DNA of 64,000 bases from Candidatus Latescibacterota bacterium (GTDB lineage Bacteria > Latescibacterota > UBA2968 > UBA8231): NCBI GenBank assembly GCA_965223905.1, contig CBDCXV010000011.1:1568001-1632000 (forward strand). Reading direction: 5' to 3'. Shown here in pieces: positions 39,865-49,393 of the stretch. The position numbers and the translations under genes are program-made. Position 1 is the first letter of the stretch. Each line of letters opens with the position of its first letter. Under the pieces are notes generated by a model. That model worked only from the letters and a program-made list of their open reading frames with translations, made no database searches and was not told the DNA's origin.

Positions 39865-41903
39865 CACCAAGCCACCGCCAGGACGCCGGAGTGGGTCTCC
39901 TCGAATGCATCCGCGGCGACCCGGAGCACCCAGACGTAGGTCCCGGGAAGCGCCCGGCGTCCCCCGGCGGTGCGCCCGTCCCAGGTGAAGGAAGCAGGCC
40001 CCAGGTCCCGCTCCGCCTGCAGCGAGGCGATGGAGCGCCCCGAGAGATCGTACAGGTCGAGGGAGACCGGCACCGACCGGACCACCTGCAGCAGGTTGAA
40101 GCGGACCCTCAGCTCGTCGTTGGCGCCGTCCCCGTTCGGGGTGACGACGCGGCTGTCGAGGACGATCTCCCCGACCAGCCGGCCGATCTGCTCCTTGGGG
40201 ATCTCGACGGTGAGGTGGGACAGCTCGTCGATGTCGCCGGGCCCGAAGTCGACGGCGTTGCCCGGCTCGAGCCGCTGCGGCACCGTGGGGAAGCGGCTGT
40301 CGAACACCCTGCCGGTGAAGGTCGTGCCGAAGCGGAAGATCGGGATGTCGAAGGTCAGCTCGAGGACCGAGCCGTCGCGGTCGATCCTCGGCAGGCTGAT
40401 GCGGAAACCGTCCCGGGTCGAGGACTCGATCTCGAACTCGACCGGGACGCCGGCGACCTGGACGTTGCGGATCCCCTCGACCGGGGCGTTGCTGTCGATC
40501 TCCAGGCGGTCGTACCCGTGGATATCCCCCCGGCCGCGCAGGAGCACGGCGTAGCGGAAGGTCGCCGGCTCCTCCGCTCGGGCCAGCCGCGGGAACACCT
40601 CGGCGCGCAAGGTGTCGGCGATCGGGGGCTGCAGGTAGTCGAACTCGAGCCGCTCGAGGAGCCGCGTGTCGAAGAGGCCCCCGGCGAACTCCATGCGGAA
40701 GCGGACGAATCGCCGCGGCGCCGGCGCCGGGTTGAGGCCGCGGTTCTCCAGCGTCTTCCAGGGACTCCAGTTTTCCAGGTCTTCCTGGAGCGTCACCTGC
40801 TCGGACCGGGGCAATCCCCAGTACTCCTCCGCGGTCACCTCGACGATGCGAACGGACATGAACTCCTGGATCCGCTGCAGAAACAGGATCGGCGTATCGT
40901 CGAGGCCGGAGCGCATGCCGACGGTCAGGTTGGAGAAGAGCTCCTCCCCCGCGACCTGCTCGCGCCAGCGGATCGACCCGATGGTAGCCGGCGCACCCAG
41001 GTCGATCAGGTCCGACAGGTAGGTGCCCTGGGGCAGGTACCCGGTCCCGTAGACCTCGATCTCGTCGACTTCGAACGGCAGCTCGGTCAGCGAACGCAGC
41101 TTGATCAGGCGCACGTACTGCGGGGTCAGCGGCACGTCGACCACCGGCTCCTCGTTGTCGTGCTCCCGCACCGCCAGGCGGTCGGGGACCCCCTTGATCG
41201 TGCTGGTCAGCTGCTCGTTCAGCCAGACCTCGTAGCCGCGCAGGAAGTCGTTGTGGAAGGGATGGTCGGGACTGGCGACCACGGTGTTGCGAGGGTAGAA
41301 GCGGATGCGCTCGATCCCCACCCGCTGCCCGAAGTCGAGGATGATCCAGATGCCGAACGCCGGCACCACCGGGTTGAACGGCACCGGCTTGCGCTCGAAG
41401 GCGACCTCGTGATCGCCGTTGACCGTGCCCTCGAGCTGCGCTCTGCGCAGCACCGTCGCCGAGGTCGAGGAGTTGGGCGCCGTGATTGAGCCCTTCCCCT
41501 CGAGAACCAGCCCCGCGATGTTGCGGCTGCCGTCGAAGAAGGTCGGGCTGATCCAGCCGCGCCGCGCCGCGAACTCGATGCCGTTGCCGGGGGTGTTGGT
41601 CGTGTCGAGGGTGGGGCTGAAGCGGCTGCCTGCAAGGATCACCGGATCGGTGCCGTCGCCGCCCTCCTCCCAGGGGTGCTCGCTGCCCCCGAGGACGAAG
41701 GTCCGCACCTCGGCGGCGGCCGCGGACAGCGCCAGCAGGAGACCTGCGGCGGCCAGCAGCCCGCAGCGAACCTCCTGCCCCAGTTGCGGTCGTACCCCCG
41801 GGAAGGCTCCGCCAGGACCGCGCACCGGGGGCCGGCCGGACGCCGAGACGCCCCCGGGGGCCCGCAGGCCCGGTCGCCTGGCTGCCGCCAGGGTCGGCTC
41901 CAT
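39864..41903 (-). CDS. Secreted protein with discoidin-like domain and C-terminal TPNGDG/FlgD-Ig domain (paralog A3)
   Basis: LDFG..IERIRFYP, EIEVYG, TPNGDGAND, LYDLSGR, WDGR..PGTY; ATG overlaps the upstream TGA. Confidence 0.85.
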   Translation of the reverse strand: MEPTLAAARRPGLRAPGGVSASGRPPVRGPGGAFPGVRPQLGQEVRCGLLAAAGLLLALSAAAAEVRTFVLGGSEHPWEEGGDGTDPVILAGSRFSPTLDTTNTPGNGIEFAARRGWISPTFFDGSRNIAGLVLEGKGSITAPNSSTSATVLRRAQLEGTVNGDHEVAFERKPVPFNPVVPAFGIWIILDFGQRVGIERIRFYPRNTVVASPDHPFHNDFLRGYEVWLNEQLTSTIKGVPDRLAVREHDNEEPVVDVPLTPQYVRLIKLRSLTELPFEVDEIEVYGTGYLPQGTYLSDLIDLGAPATIGSIRWREQVAGEELFSNLTVGMRSGLDDTPILFLQRIQEFMSVRIVEVTAEEYWGLPRSEQVTLQEDLENWSPWKTLENRGLNPAPAPRRFVRFRMEFAGGLFDTRLLERLEFDYLQPPIADTLRAEVFPRLARAEEPATFRYAVLLRGRGDIHGYDRLEIDSNAPVEGIRNVQVAGVPVEFEIESSTRDGFRISLPRIDRDGSVLELTFDIPIFRFGTTFTGRVFDSRFPTVPQRLEPGNAVDFGPGDIDELSHLTVEIPKEQIGRLVGEIVLDSRVVTPNGDGANDELRVRFNLLQVVRSVPVSLDLYDLSGRSIASLQAERDLGPASFTWDGRTAGGRRALPGTYVWVLRVAADAFEETHSGVLAVAW

Positions 41904-44578
41904 CACTCCAACCCCGCGTTCACGGTGAAGAACATCAGGTTCGCCCGCTCCCGCCGCCCGAGCTCGAACGCCCGCCGCGTCCACTGCATTCCGGTGCGCG
42001 TCACCACCCGGTATCCCTGGTAGGCGACCTGGTTGGTCAGCTGCACGACCACCGTCCAGGTGCGCAGGTCCTGGTCGATTTCCGCCCGCCTCCCCTTCAG
42101 CATCCACAGCTTCGACAGCTCGAGGCCGGCCTGCAGCCCGGTGTCGAAGATCTGCCGGCCGTAACGGGCGAAGTACGACGCCCGCGTCTGTTCGGCGAGC
42201 AGCGGCTGCGACCAGATCAGGAAGACCGTCTCCTCGACGCTGGCCGCCTTCTCCAGGCGGATCCGGTAGGGGCGGTCGAAGCGCAGCTCGCTCTTCCAGC
42301 GCGGCTGAAAGAACCCGAGGCCGACCGGCACCGACCACTCCGCCTTGTCGATGAGGCCGACGAAACCCGAGCGCCTGCGGGCCAGCCTGCGCGCCACGGC
42401 CTTGTCGCCGTCGCGCTGGAGGGCGATGTCCCACTTGAAGCGGTGCATCATGCGCAGGCCCTCGACGAGGCGGTGGCTGAGGTCGGCGTAGAAGGAGTTC
42501 TTCCAGGTGTTGCGCGCCGCCAGCGGATCCTCGACGTCCCGCATGCGCCCGATGGCGCCGACCGGCTGCACCCACTGCTGCAGGTCGTCGGGGACGTCGT
42601 CCCGGACCAGGGCGCCGAAGTCGAAGACCCGCACCTTCCCGAACCCGGACAGCTCCCGCTTCCAGGCCGCCATCCCGTAGAGCGCCCGGGTGTGCCCGTC
42701 GCCGGAGATCAGGCCGCTGTTCTGGCCGCCGACGAGGAGACTGCCGCCCCCTCCGGCCCGCACCTTCAGGTAGAGGTTGTAGCCGCGGTGATCCCTTCGG
42801 TACGGATAGTCGGGGAGGCGGTCGTTCTCGAACCGGTCGATGGTTCCGTTGTGGTTCATGTCGGTGCCGAAGAGGAACTCCGGGCGGTCCGACCGGTAGC
42901 GCAGGAACGGCTCGTCGTAGTCGGGGAACAGGTTGAGGTTCTGGTTGTGGTCGTGGATGAAGTCGCCGTTCTCGTCGTACCCCGGCCAGGCCACCTCCCG
43001 CGTCGAGCGCTGGAACGGCCGCTCCCACTCCGGGACGGCGTTGAAGTCGTCGTCGTCGTCGACGAACTCGTAGAGGTCCGCTATGCGCGCCTTGAAGCGG
43101 ATGGTGCCGTCGGACTGGGTTAGCCAGTAGGCGGTCGCGTAGGCGTCGTCGATGGAGAACAGCTCGGCGTACAGCTTCCACGGGAAGCGCTGATATGCGG
43201 CCTGGGCATAGCCGGCGCGCGCGTTGCGGGTCGCGTGGTGCTGGAGCCCCTCCTCGAGGTTGGGGTACTTGCCGTGACGCCGGTTCAGCACTGCCTCCCC
43301 CTGCAGCGACAGGCCGCCGAGGTCGACGACGTTGAAGTCGACGCCGATCAGCTCGTTCCCGGTCGGCAGCAGGTAGTCGAGCTTCAGCACCCTGCTGTTG
43401 CTGTTGTCGCGGACGTTGCCGCGGGCGCGGCTGACGGTGGTGAAGACCGGCTCGGCGTTGCGGACCTCGCCGTCGGTCTGCAGGTTGGAGGCCATCTCGA
43501 CCCGGTAGTCGTCGGCCACCGCCAGCTCGAAGCTGACGCGCTGCAGGTCGAGAGACTCCATCCCGTGCTCCTCGCCGAGGGAGGCGAGGTCGTACTCGAG
43601 CACCGCGGCCTCGCTACCGTCCGCGGCGATCGCCCCTTCGCGCAGCACCCCGCCCTTTATCCTCGGCACCAGGCCGATGTCCCGGCCCCGGTGCACGCGC
43701 CCCGACTGGTCGACGAGGATGATCTCGTGGCGGAACAGCGAGGCCCCCCCGCTCCCGTCTTCCGGGGAGTCGTCCCGCAGGCGCACCCACACCTTCTTCA
43801 GCGGCTGGTTCTGCTTCGTCGTCAGCGCCCCGTGCAGCGGGTTGCCGACGTTGAAGTCGACCTGCGTCTGGGCGTTGTGAGCGTTGACGTAGGTGACCCC
43901 CATGGCGACGGCGTCGAGGACGCGGAACGAGGTGTGGCCGCCGAACAGGTGGGTAGAGTTGCTGCGCCGCGCCTGGTCCGGGCTGCTGGGGCGCGACAGC
44001 AGCAGCGACGACTGGTGGCGGTCGGAGGCGACCTCGAGCCGCAGGCCGTTGAAGCGGGGCTTGTTGAAGGTGAGCGGCGTCAGGTGGGTGGAGATCTGGT
44101 CGCCGATCATCAGGCGGAACTGGTGGTCCCAGTGCCCCTCCGAGGCGATGACGAGGTTCTGGAAGATGCTGCCGTAGAAATCGGTGGCGCCCGGGTCGGA
44201 CGGCCTCTTGCGCAGGAAGCTGCCGTTGCGCAGCGACTGCTGCTGCTCCCAGGAGTAGACCAGCCAGCCGCGGCCGAGATGGTTGCCGAACGAGTCGTAC
44301 CACTCGTCCCCTTCGAGCCTGCGGTCGAGGTAGCGCTTGTAGAATTCGGTCGCGTAGCGGGTGTCGGTGGCGAACCACGGATAGCGGTGGTACTCCGGCA
44401 GGTGGATGGGGACGTAGTTCTTGTGGACCTCCGGGACGACGTTCTCCATGCCGAAGGAGGGGGCAAGGCCCCGGGGAAGGGCCGACGGCGTCGCCCCGGG
44501 AACGGCGCCCGGGTACTGGGCCCAGCAGAGCTGCACCGCGGCCCCGGCAACGGCGAAGGAGGCCAGCAGCCTGCCCAT
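41903..44578 (-). CDS. Large exported protein, putative outer-membrane beta-barrel (paralog B1)
   Basis: Signal peptide ..CWA/QY; C-terminus FFTVNAGLE; paralog of 37225..39864. Confidence 0.82.
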   Translation of the reverse strand: MGRLLASFAVAGAAVQLCWAQYPGAVPGATPSALPRGLAPSFGMENVVPEVHKNYVPIHLPEYHRYPWFATDTRYATEFYKRYLDRRLEGDEWYDSFGNHLGRGWLVYSWEQQQSLRNGSFLRKRPSDPGATDFYGSIFQNLVIASEGHWDHQFRLMIGDQISTHLTPLTFNKPRFNGLRLEVASDRHQSSLLLSRPSSPDQARRSNSTHLFGGHTSFRVLDAVAMGVTYVNAHNAQTQVDFNVGNPLHGALTTKQNQPLKKVWVRLRDDSPEDGSGGASLFRHEIILVDQSGRVHRGRDIGLVPRIKGGVLREGAIAADGSEAAVLEYDLASLGEEHGMESLDLQRVSFELAVADDYRVEMASNLQTDGEVRNAEPVFTTVSRARGNVRDNSNSRVLKLDYLLPTGNELIGVDFNVVDLGGLSLQGEAVLNRRHGKYPNLEEGLQHHATRNARAGYAQAAYQRFPWKLYAELFSIDDAYATAYWLTQSDGTIRFKARIADLYEFVDDDDDFNAVPEWERPFQRSTREVAWPGYDENGDFIHDHNQNLNLFPDYDEPFLRYRSDRPEFLFGTDMNHNGTIDRFENDRLPDYPYRRDHRGYNLYLKVRAGGGGSLLVGGQNSGLISGDGHTRALYGMAAWKRELSGFGKVRVFDFGALVRDDVPDDLQQWVQPVGAIGRMRDVEDPLAARNTWKNSFYADLSHRLVEGLRMMHRFKWDIALQRDGDKAVARRLARRRSGFVGLIDKAEWSVPVGLGFFQPRWKSELRFDRPYRIRLEKAASVEETVFLIWSQPLLAEQTRASYFARYGRQIFDTGLQAGLELSKLWMLKGRRAEIDQDLRTWTVVVQLTNQVAYQGYRVVTRTGMQWTRRAFELGRRERANLMFFTVNAGLE

Positions 44579-44826
44579 CAGCGTCCGGTCCCGGAAGCGG
44601 ATCCCCTGAATCCTGTGGCCCCGGCCTCGGGCTCGCGAGCCATCCGGGCGAGGCGCACCGGGTGCGTACTGCCCTCCAAGGCAGGCCCGCGGGACGGGAT
44701 GGCGGGGAAGATCACCGATGGAACAGATGGAGTTGTTCTGGATTCTACCGCGATTCCGCCCATCACAATGAGCCGCACGAAGAAGGGGGAGATACTGTCG
44801 GGACAGGACACCCGTTCCCCCGCCAT
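44578..44826 (-). other. 248-bp segment between 7-bp direct repeats, carrying an 82-aa ORF coupled at both ends
   Basis: CCATCAG at 44575 and 44823; TGATG overlaps on both sides. Confidence 0.45.
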
Positions 44827-47468
44827 CAGTACGCCACCCCGACCGCGGCCAGGGCCGATCCTGCGGCATCGGCATCGGTAGGGACGGCGACGCGCACGAG
44901 GTAGAGGCCGGGACCCACCCGCCTGCCCTCGTCGTCGCTGCCGTCCCATGCGACGGCGTGCTGCCCGCTGGGAATCTGCCGCACTCCCCCGAGGTCGCGG
45001 ACCTTGCGGCCGGACAGGTCGTACACCCCCACCTGCAGGTCGCGCTCCCCCTTGATCCGGAACACCGAGAACAGGATCCGGGTGCCCTCGTTGACGCCGT
45101 CGCCGTTCGGCGTGAACAGCGCCGGTTGCGCCCGTACCTGATCGAGGATGGGGGCGTCCTCGACGTCGGCGACCACCACCATCGACTCGCTGCGGACGTC
45201 GCCGACCGCGTCCCCTTCCGTGAAGGCCTGCACCACCCCGGGCCGCTGCGAGTTCAGCAGCTCCACGGTGAACGTGGTCCCGCTCAGGAACACCTTCGTC
45301 CGTATCTCCGCCCTGTAGAGCAGGGCGCCGCCGCTGACCCGGCGCGGCAGCTCGACGACCACCCCGCCCTCCTCCAGGGTCTCGATGCGGGCGCTGCCGG
45401 GCCACAGCGCCCTGCCGCGGCCGCCGCGCAGCTGCGCGGCGCTCCCGGACTGCAGCGACACCAGCTCGATCGGGGCCGCCGACGACGAGCGCAGCCGCAT
45501 GCGATCGAACCCGGAATCGCCGCTCTGGAACTCGGGGCGCAGGTAGATGGCGAACTCCTCCTCGGCCCCGGGGCGCACTCCCTGGTTCGGCCAGATCTCG
45601 GCGAAGGTCTGCTCGACGAGCGGCGCTTCCAGCCCCAGCTCGATACGCCGGATGCTCGCGGCGCGCAGCGGGTCGGCCGTAAACAGGCGCACCTGCAGCA
45701 TCAGCATGCGCCGCGGACTGGGGGACCTGAACGACTCCCCCTGGTCCCGGTAGGGCTCGCTCCAGGCACTCCAGCCTTCGCCGGTGAACTCCTCCGTGGT
45801 CGTGAATCCCCGGTTGCGCTCCGAGGTCTCCTCCCACTGCTCCTCGCTGATCTCGCGCCCGAACAGGTCGTAGTAGCGCTTGACCAGCAGCAGGTCGTCG
45901 CCGCTGCGGCTGCGCACCTCGAGACGCGTGCCCTCCGGCGCCTCCCCCTCCCAGTGGACCCCGGTGAAGATGCGCGACGTCCCCAGCTTGACGATGGGGG
46001 ATTCCAGAACGACTTCGGAGACGTGCCCCTCGCCGTACGCCTGCAGCTCGCTCAGGCTGCGGTTGATCTCGGTCCGCGCCCCGGAGAGCTCGAGCCGGCG
46101 CAGCTCGATCAGCCGCACCTCCCGCGGCGGGAATCGCTCCTCGAGCTGCAGGAACGCCTCCCTGTTGTGGCGCTCCTCGAAGTCCTCCCAGACGCGGTTG
46201 CCGTTCGGGTCGACGGAGCCGTCCGATACGCGCAGCTGGTAGGCGGTGAGGGCATCCTGGGCGCTGAGCAGGCGGATGCGGTCGATCCAGAACCTGGCGC
46301 CGAGGTCGACGAGCAACTGGTTGCGATTGCGCAGGGGGTCGTACAGGCGCAGCGGGTAGAAGGAGGAGTAGAGACCGTCGGTCGAAACGGTGAGGACGAT
46401 GTCCTCGAACAGGTCGGTGGCGCGGTTGCGCAGGCGCTGGGTCAACCCGACGGCGTTGTCCCCGAGAGCGATGACCTCGAGCTCGGCCACCCGCGGGCGC
46501 TCGTGCCGGTAGTGGCGGACCGGGCCCTGCTCCTCGGCCGGCAGCTCCTCCCAGGTTTCCTCCTCGACCAGGATCTCTCGGCCGGCGACGGTCTGGCGGA
46601 AATGCTCGACGGCCCCCTGGTCATGGGCCGACAGCAGGGCATACTCCTCAGCGGTGACCTCCTCGCCTCGCGGACCGTCGGTGTCGAGGGCCTCGAGCCA
46701 GACCATCTGCGCCACCTCGCCGGCGACGCCTGGAGGGAGCGGGCGCTGCCGCGGCACCTCGAACTCGAACTCCCGCTGCTCCTTGTTGCGGCGGGTCACC
46801 TGGGCGACGCGGTAGAACTCGGCGTCGTAGCGGGTCGCGGTGTTGGTGGTGGCGCGTCCGTTCGACAGCAGCACGCGGAACTTCAGGAAGGGGTCTCCGG
46901 CCCCTTCCCCGGCGAACTTCACCCGCACCCGGTCGGCGATCACCGCGCGCCCGAGGTCCACTTCCAGGAACCAGTTCCGCAGCGAGTCCGGATCCTCCGG
47001 CTCCCAGTAGGTAAGCGGGTCGCCGTCCATGACCAGCGCCGCGGTCTCCCGGCTGGTGCCGGCCTGGCGCACCCCCCCGACGACCGTATCCCCAATGGCG
47101 ATCACCTCGAAGTCGGTGGCGTTCAGCATGGCGTTGATGCGGCGCCGCAGGAATCTCGGCCTCACTTCCCCCTCCTCGATCAGGTGCCCCCCCACGGCCC
47201 CCTTCCAATCCCGCCAGTGGCCGTCCCCGCGCACGGTCAGGCGGTTCCCGGCGACGGTGTAGCCGCGCTGTGCATCGGTCGCGCCGGCGCCGAGAAAGAC
47301 CACGGAGAGCAGGATCCAATGGCGGAATCGGATGCCGAGGTTCACGGCTGAATTGTGCGGCCTTTTCGCGACCGCGGCGATCCTGTGCCGCCCTTTTGCC
47401 GGAATGCTCCGGTCCGGATGCTTCCCCGGGGAGGATAGCCGGCAGGTCCGTGGGCCGCGGCGGGTCAT
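44826..47468 (-). CDS. Secreted protein with two discoidin-like domains and C-terminal TPNGDG/FlgD-Ig domain (paralog A2)
   Basis: MDGDPLTYW..LEVDLG, VDLG..IDRIRL, ELQAYG, FTPNGDGVNE, VYDLSGR, WDG..PGLY; start uncertain. Confidence 0.85.
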   Translation of the reverse strand: MTRRGPRTCRLSSPGKHPDRSIPAKGRHRIAAVAKRPHNSAVNLGIRFRHWILLSVVFLGAGATDAQRGYTVAGNRLTVRGDGHWRDWKGAVGGHLIEEGEVRPRFLRRRINAMLNATDFEVIAIGDTVVGGVRQAGTSRETAALVMDGDPLTYWEPEDPDSLRNWFLEVDLGRAVIADRVRVKFAGEGAGDPFLKFRVLLSNGRATTNTATRYDAEFYRVAQVTRRNKEQREFEFEVPRQRPLPPGVAGEVAQMVWLEALDTDGPRGEEVTAEEYALLSAHDQGAVEHFRQTVAGREILVEEETWEELPAEEQGPVRHYRHERPRVAELEVIALGDNAVGLTQRLRNRATDLFEDIVLTVSTDGLYSSFYPLRLYDPLRNRNQLLVDLGARFWIDRIRLLSAQDALTAYQLRVSDGSVDPNGNRVWEDFEERHNREAFLQLEERFPPREVRLIELRRLELSGARTEINRSLSELQAYGEGHVSEVVLESPIVKLGTSRIFTGVHWEGEAPEGTRLEVRSRSGDDLLLVKRYYDLFGREISEEQWEETSERNRGFTTTEEFTGEGWSAWSEPYRDQGESFRSPSPRRMLMLQVRLFTADPLRAASIRRIELGLEAPLVEQTFAEIWPNQGVRPGAEEEFAIYLRPEFQSGDSGFDRMRLRSSSAAPIELVSLQSGSAAQLRGGRGRALWPGSARIETLEEGGVVVELPRRVSGGALLYRAEIRTKVFLSGTTFTVELLNSQRPGVVQAFTEGDAVGDVRSESMVVVADVEDAPILDQVRAQPALFTPNGDGVNEGTRILFSVFRIKGERDLQVGVYDLSGRKVRDLGGVRQIPSGQHAVAWDGSDDEGRRVGPGLYLVRVAVPTDADAAGSALAAVGVAY

Positions 47469-49393
47469 CAGTACACCACCGCCACGATCCCCTGCCGCAC
47501 CTCGGGATCGCCGTCCCCGCGCACCTGCAGCCGGTAGATGTAGGTCCCGGGCGCCACGAGCGCGCCGTCACTGCCGCGGCCGTCCCATACCTGCCTGTGG
47601 TTGCCGACCGGCTGCACCGCCTCGACAGCCGCCACCCGGCGCCCGCTGAGATCGAACAGCGACAGCTCCACCTGCGCCGGCCGGGTCACCGTCAGCAGGG
47701 AGTAGCCGATCCCGAGCCCGTCGTTGACGCCGTCCCCGTTGGGCGTCAGCACCGGATGATCGAGCCCGAAGTTGGCGAGCAGCGGGGCGCGTTCCCCCTC
47801 TTTCTCCAGGGTGACGACCAGCCCCTGCGCCGCGGTCTCGGCGTCGGCGTCGCCCGGAATCGCGAATTGGTACCCCGTCTCTTCCAACGTGATGGTTCCC
47901 TTCGTGACCCGCTTCTCGATGACGCGGTCGTCGAAAACGCGGATCCGGAACGCGGTCTTGTCGCGGTACACGGTGCCCCGGAAGAACACCTGGACGAACG
48001 ACCCGTCCTGCTCGACCGGGCGCAGCAGGTTGACGAGCATGCCCCCGGGGTGACGCCGGGAGGTGAAGGCGACGTTCCGGTCGTCGACCCGGACCTGCCG
48101 CACCCGCCGGATGTGGGCATCGGTCTCGATCAGGATGCGCTCGAAGCCGGTGTCGCTGCTGCGACCCCGGCTTCCGGAAGAGGAAATCTTCATGTGGGCC
48201 AGCATCGCCAGGGAGAACTCCGTCTCCACCCCCGCGGCCACCGTGTCGGGGCTCACCTCGGCGACGAGGCTGCGCACCAGCGGCGGACTGATCATCTCGA
48301 ACACCAGGCGGTCGAGACGCACCCCGGGGGTGAACAGGCGCACCCGGAACTGCATGAAACCCTTGAGGTTCGGGGAGCGCACTATTCCCTGCGACACCGG
48401 CTCCCAGCCGGTCCAGTTGGGGTTCGGGCGGATGGGTCCTCGCAGGTGAGGGTAAGCCCTCATGTACACCGCCCTGTCCTTTGCCCGGACGATCTCGTCC
48501 CCATCCTCCTCGAGAAGGAAATACCACTCCGGTTCCTTGTCGGGCCCCACCCGGGTATGGATCAGCACCGGGGAAGAATCGACCCCCCTGCCTTCGTAGC
48601 GGACAAGGCCGAACACCCTCGATCCCGACCGGATCGGCTTCGAGAGGAACTCCCCCGTCGGCAGCGAGCCGTCCCCGTAGACCTCGAGCTCGGCGATCTC
48701 CCAGGGCCGCTCGGAGGTCGCGGCGATGCGGACGAAGCGCACGTCCCGGGACTCGAACCGCTTCTCGACAACGGGCTGAAAGTTGGGCAGGGCAGGATAG
48801 AAGGAGAACAGCTCCTCGAACTCGCCGAGGACATACGAGGGGTGGGTGGCGACGGAGAACTCCTGCAGAAAGCGGCGCTGGTTGCGCGGGTCGAGGCGGG
48901 GAAAGAAGCGCAGCCGGTTGACGCGGAAAGTGCCGCCGAGGTCGAGGTAAATCGGTGTCGTCCGCCCGAAACCCTCCCTCCGGGACTGCCCGGAGATCAC
49001 GTCGGCGTCGTAATAGGTCAGCGGGTCGCCGTCGGCGAGCACCTCGGCGCCGGGGATCGATATCGCTGCCGGCCCCATGAACCCCCGGACGATCCGAATG
49101 ACCAACCCCCCTCGCCGACTCATGGTCAGGGAGAGGTTGGCGTCCGGCTCGACACCCCACATCCAGATGGAGTCCGCACCGACACCGATGAAGCGGGAGG
49201 CCTCAAGTTGCTTGTTCCAGCCGCCCTGCCGGGAGTTCAGGCCGACCACAAGGGAGTCGATGGCGCCGGCGGATTCGACCAGGACGAGGAGGAGAAGAAA
49301 AATGGATGCGGGAACCACCGGGGTGAACTTCAGGGCAAGGAGCGGGAATCGGACCGCAAGCGCATCGTACCTCTTTTCCTGCGCTGGGCTCAT
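47468..49393 (-). CDS. Secreted protein with discoidin-like domain and C-terminal TPNGDG/FlgD-Ig domain (paralog A1)
   Basis: DGDPLTYY, LDLGG..VNRLRFFP, ELEVYG, LTPNGDGVND, LFDLSGR, WDGR..PGTY; alternative start GTG 49318. Confidence 0.85.
   Translation of the reverse strand: MSPAQEKRYDALAVRFPLLALKFTPVVPASIFLLLLVLVESAGAIDSLVVGLNSRQGGWNKQLEASRFIGVGADSIWMWGVEPDANLSLTMSRRGGLVIRIVRGFMGPAAISIPGAEVLADGDPLTYYDADVISGQSRREGFGRTTPIYLDLGGTFRVNRLRFFPRLDPRNQRRFLQEFSVATHPSYVLGEFEELFSFYPALPNFQPVVEKRFESRDVRFVRIAATSERPWEIAELEVYGDGSLPTGEFLSKPIRSGSRVFGLVRYEGRGVDSSPVLIHTRVGPDKEPEWYFLLEEDGDEIVRAKDRAVYMRAYPHLRGPIRPNPNWTGWEPVSQGIVRSPNLKGFMQFRVRLFTPGVRLDRLVFEMISPPLVRSLVAEVSPDTVAAGVETEFSLAMLAHMKISSSGSRGRSSDTGFERILIETDAHIRRVRQVRVDDRNVAFTSRRHPGGMLVNLLRPVEQDGSFVQVFFRGTVYRDKTAFRIRVFDDRVIEKRVTKGTITLEETGYQFAIPGDADAETAAQGLVVTLEKEGERAPLLANFGLDHPVLTPNGDGVNDGLGIGYSLLTVTRPAQVELSLFDLSGRRVAAVEAVQPVGNHRQVWDGRGSDGALVAPGTYIYRLQVRGDGDPEVRQGIVAVVY

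Noticed and set aside
39864-43181. ORF-track starts for 39864..43181, 35570..37855, 5141..6559 and 57225..58340
   Set aside because: The extensions overlap upstream genes in another frame; coupled starts at 41903, 37228, 5569 and 57567 fit better.
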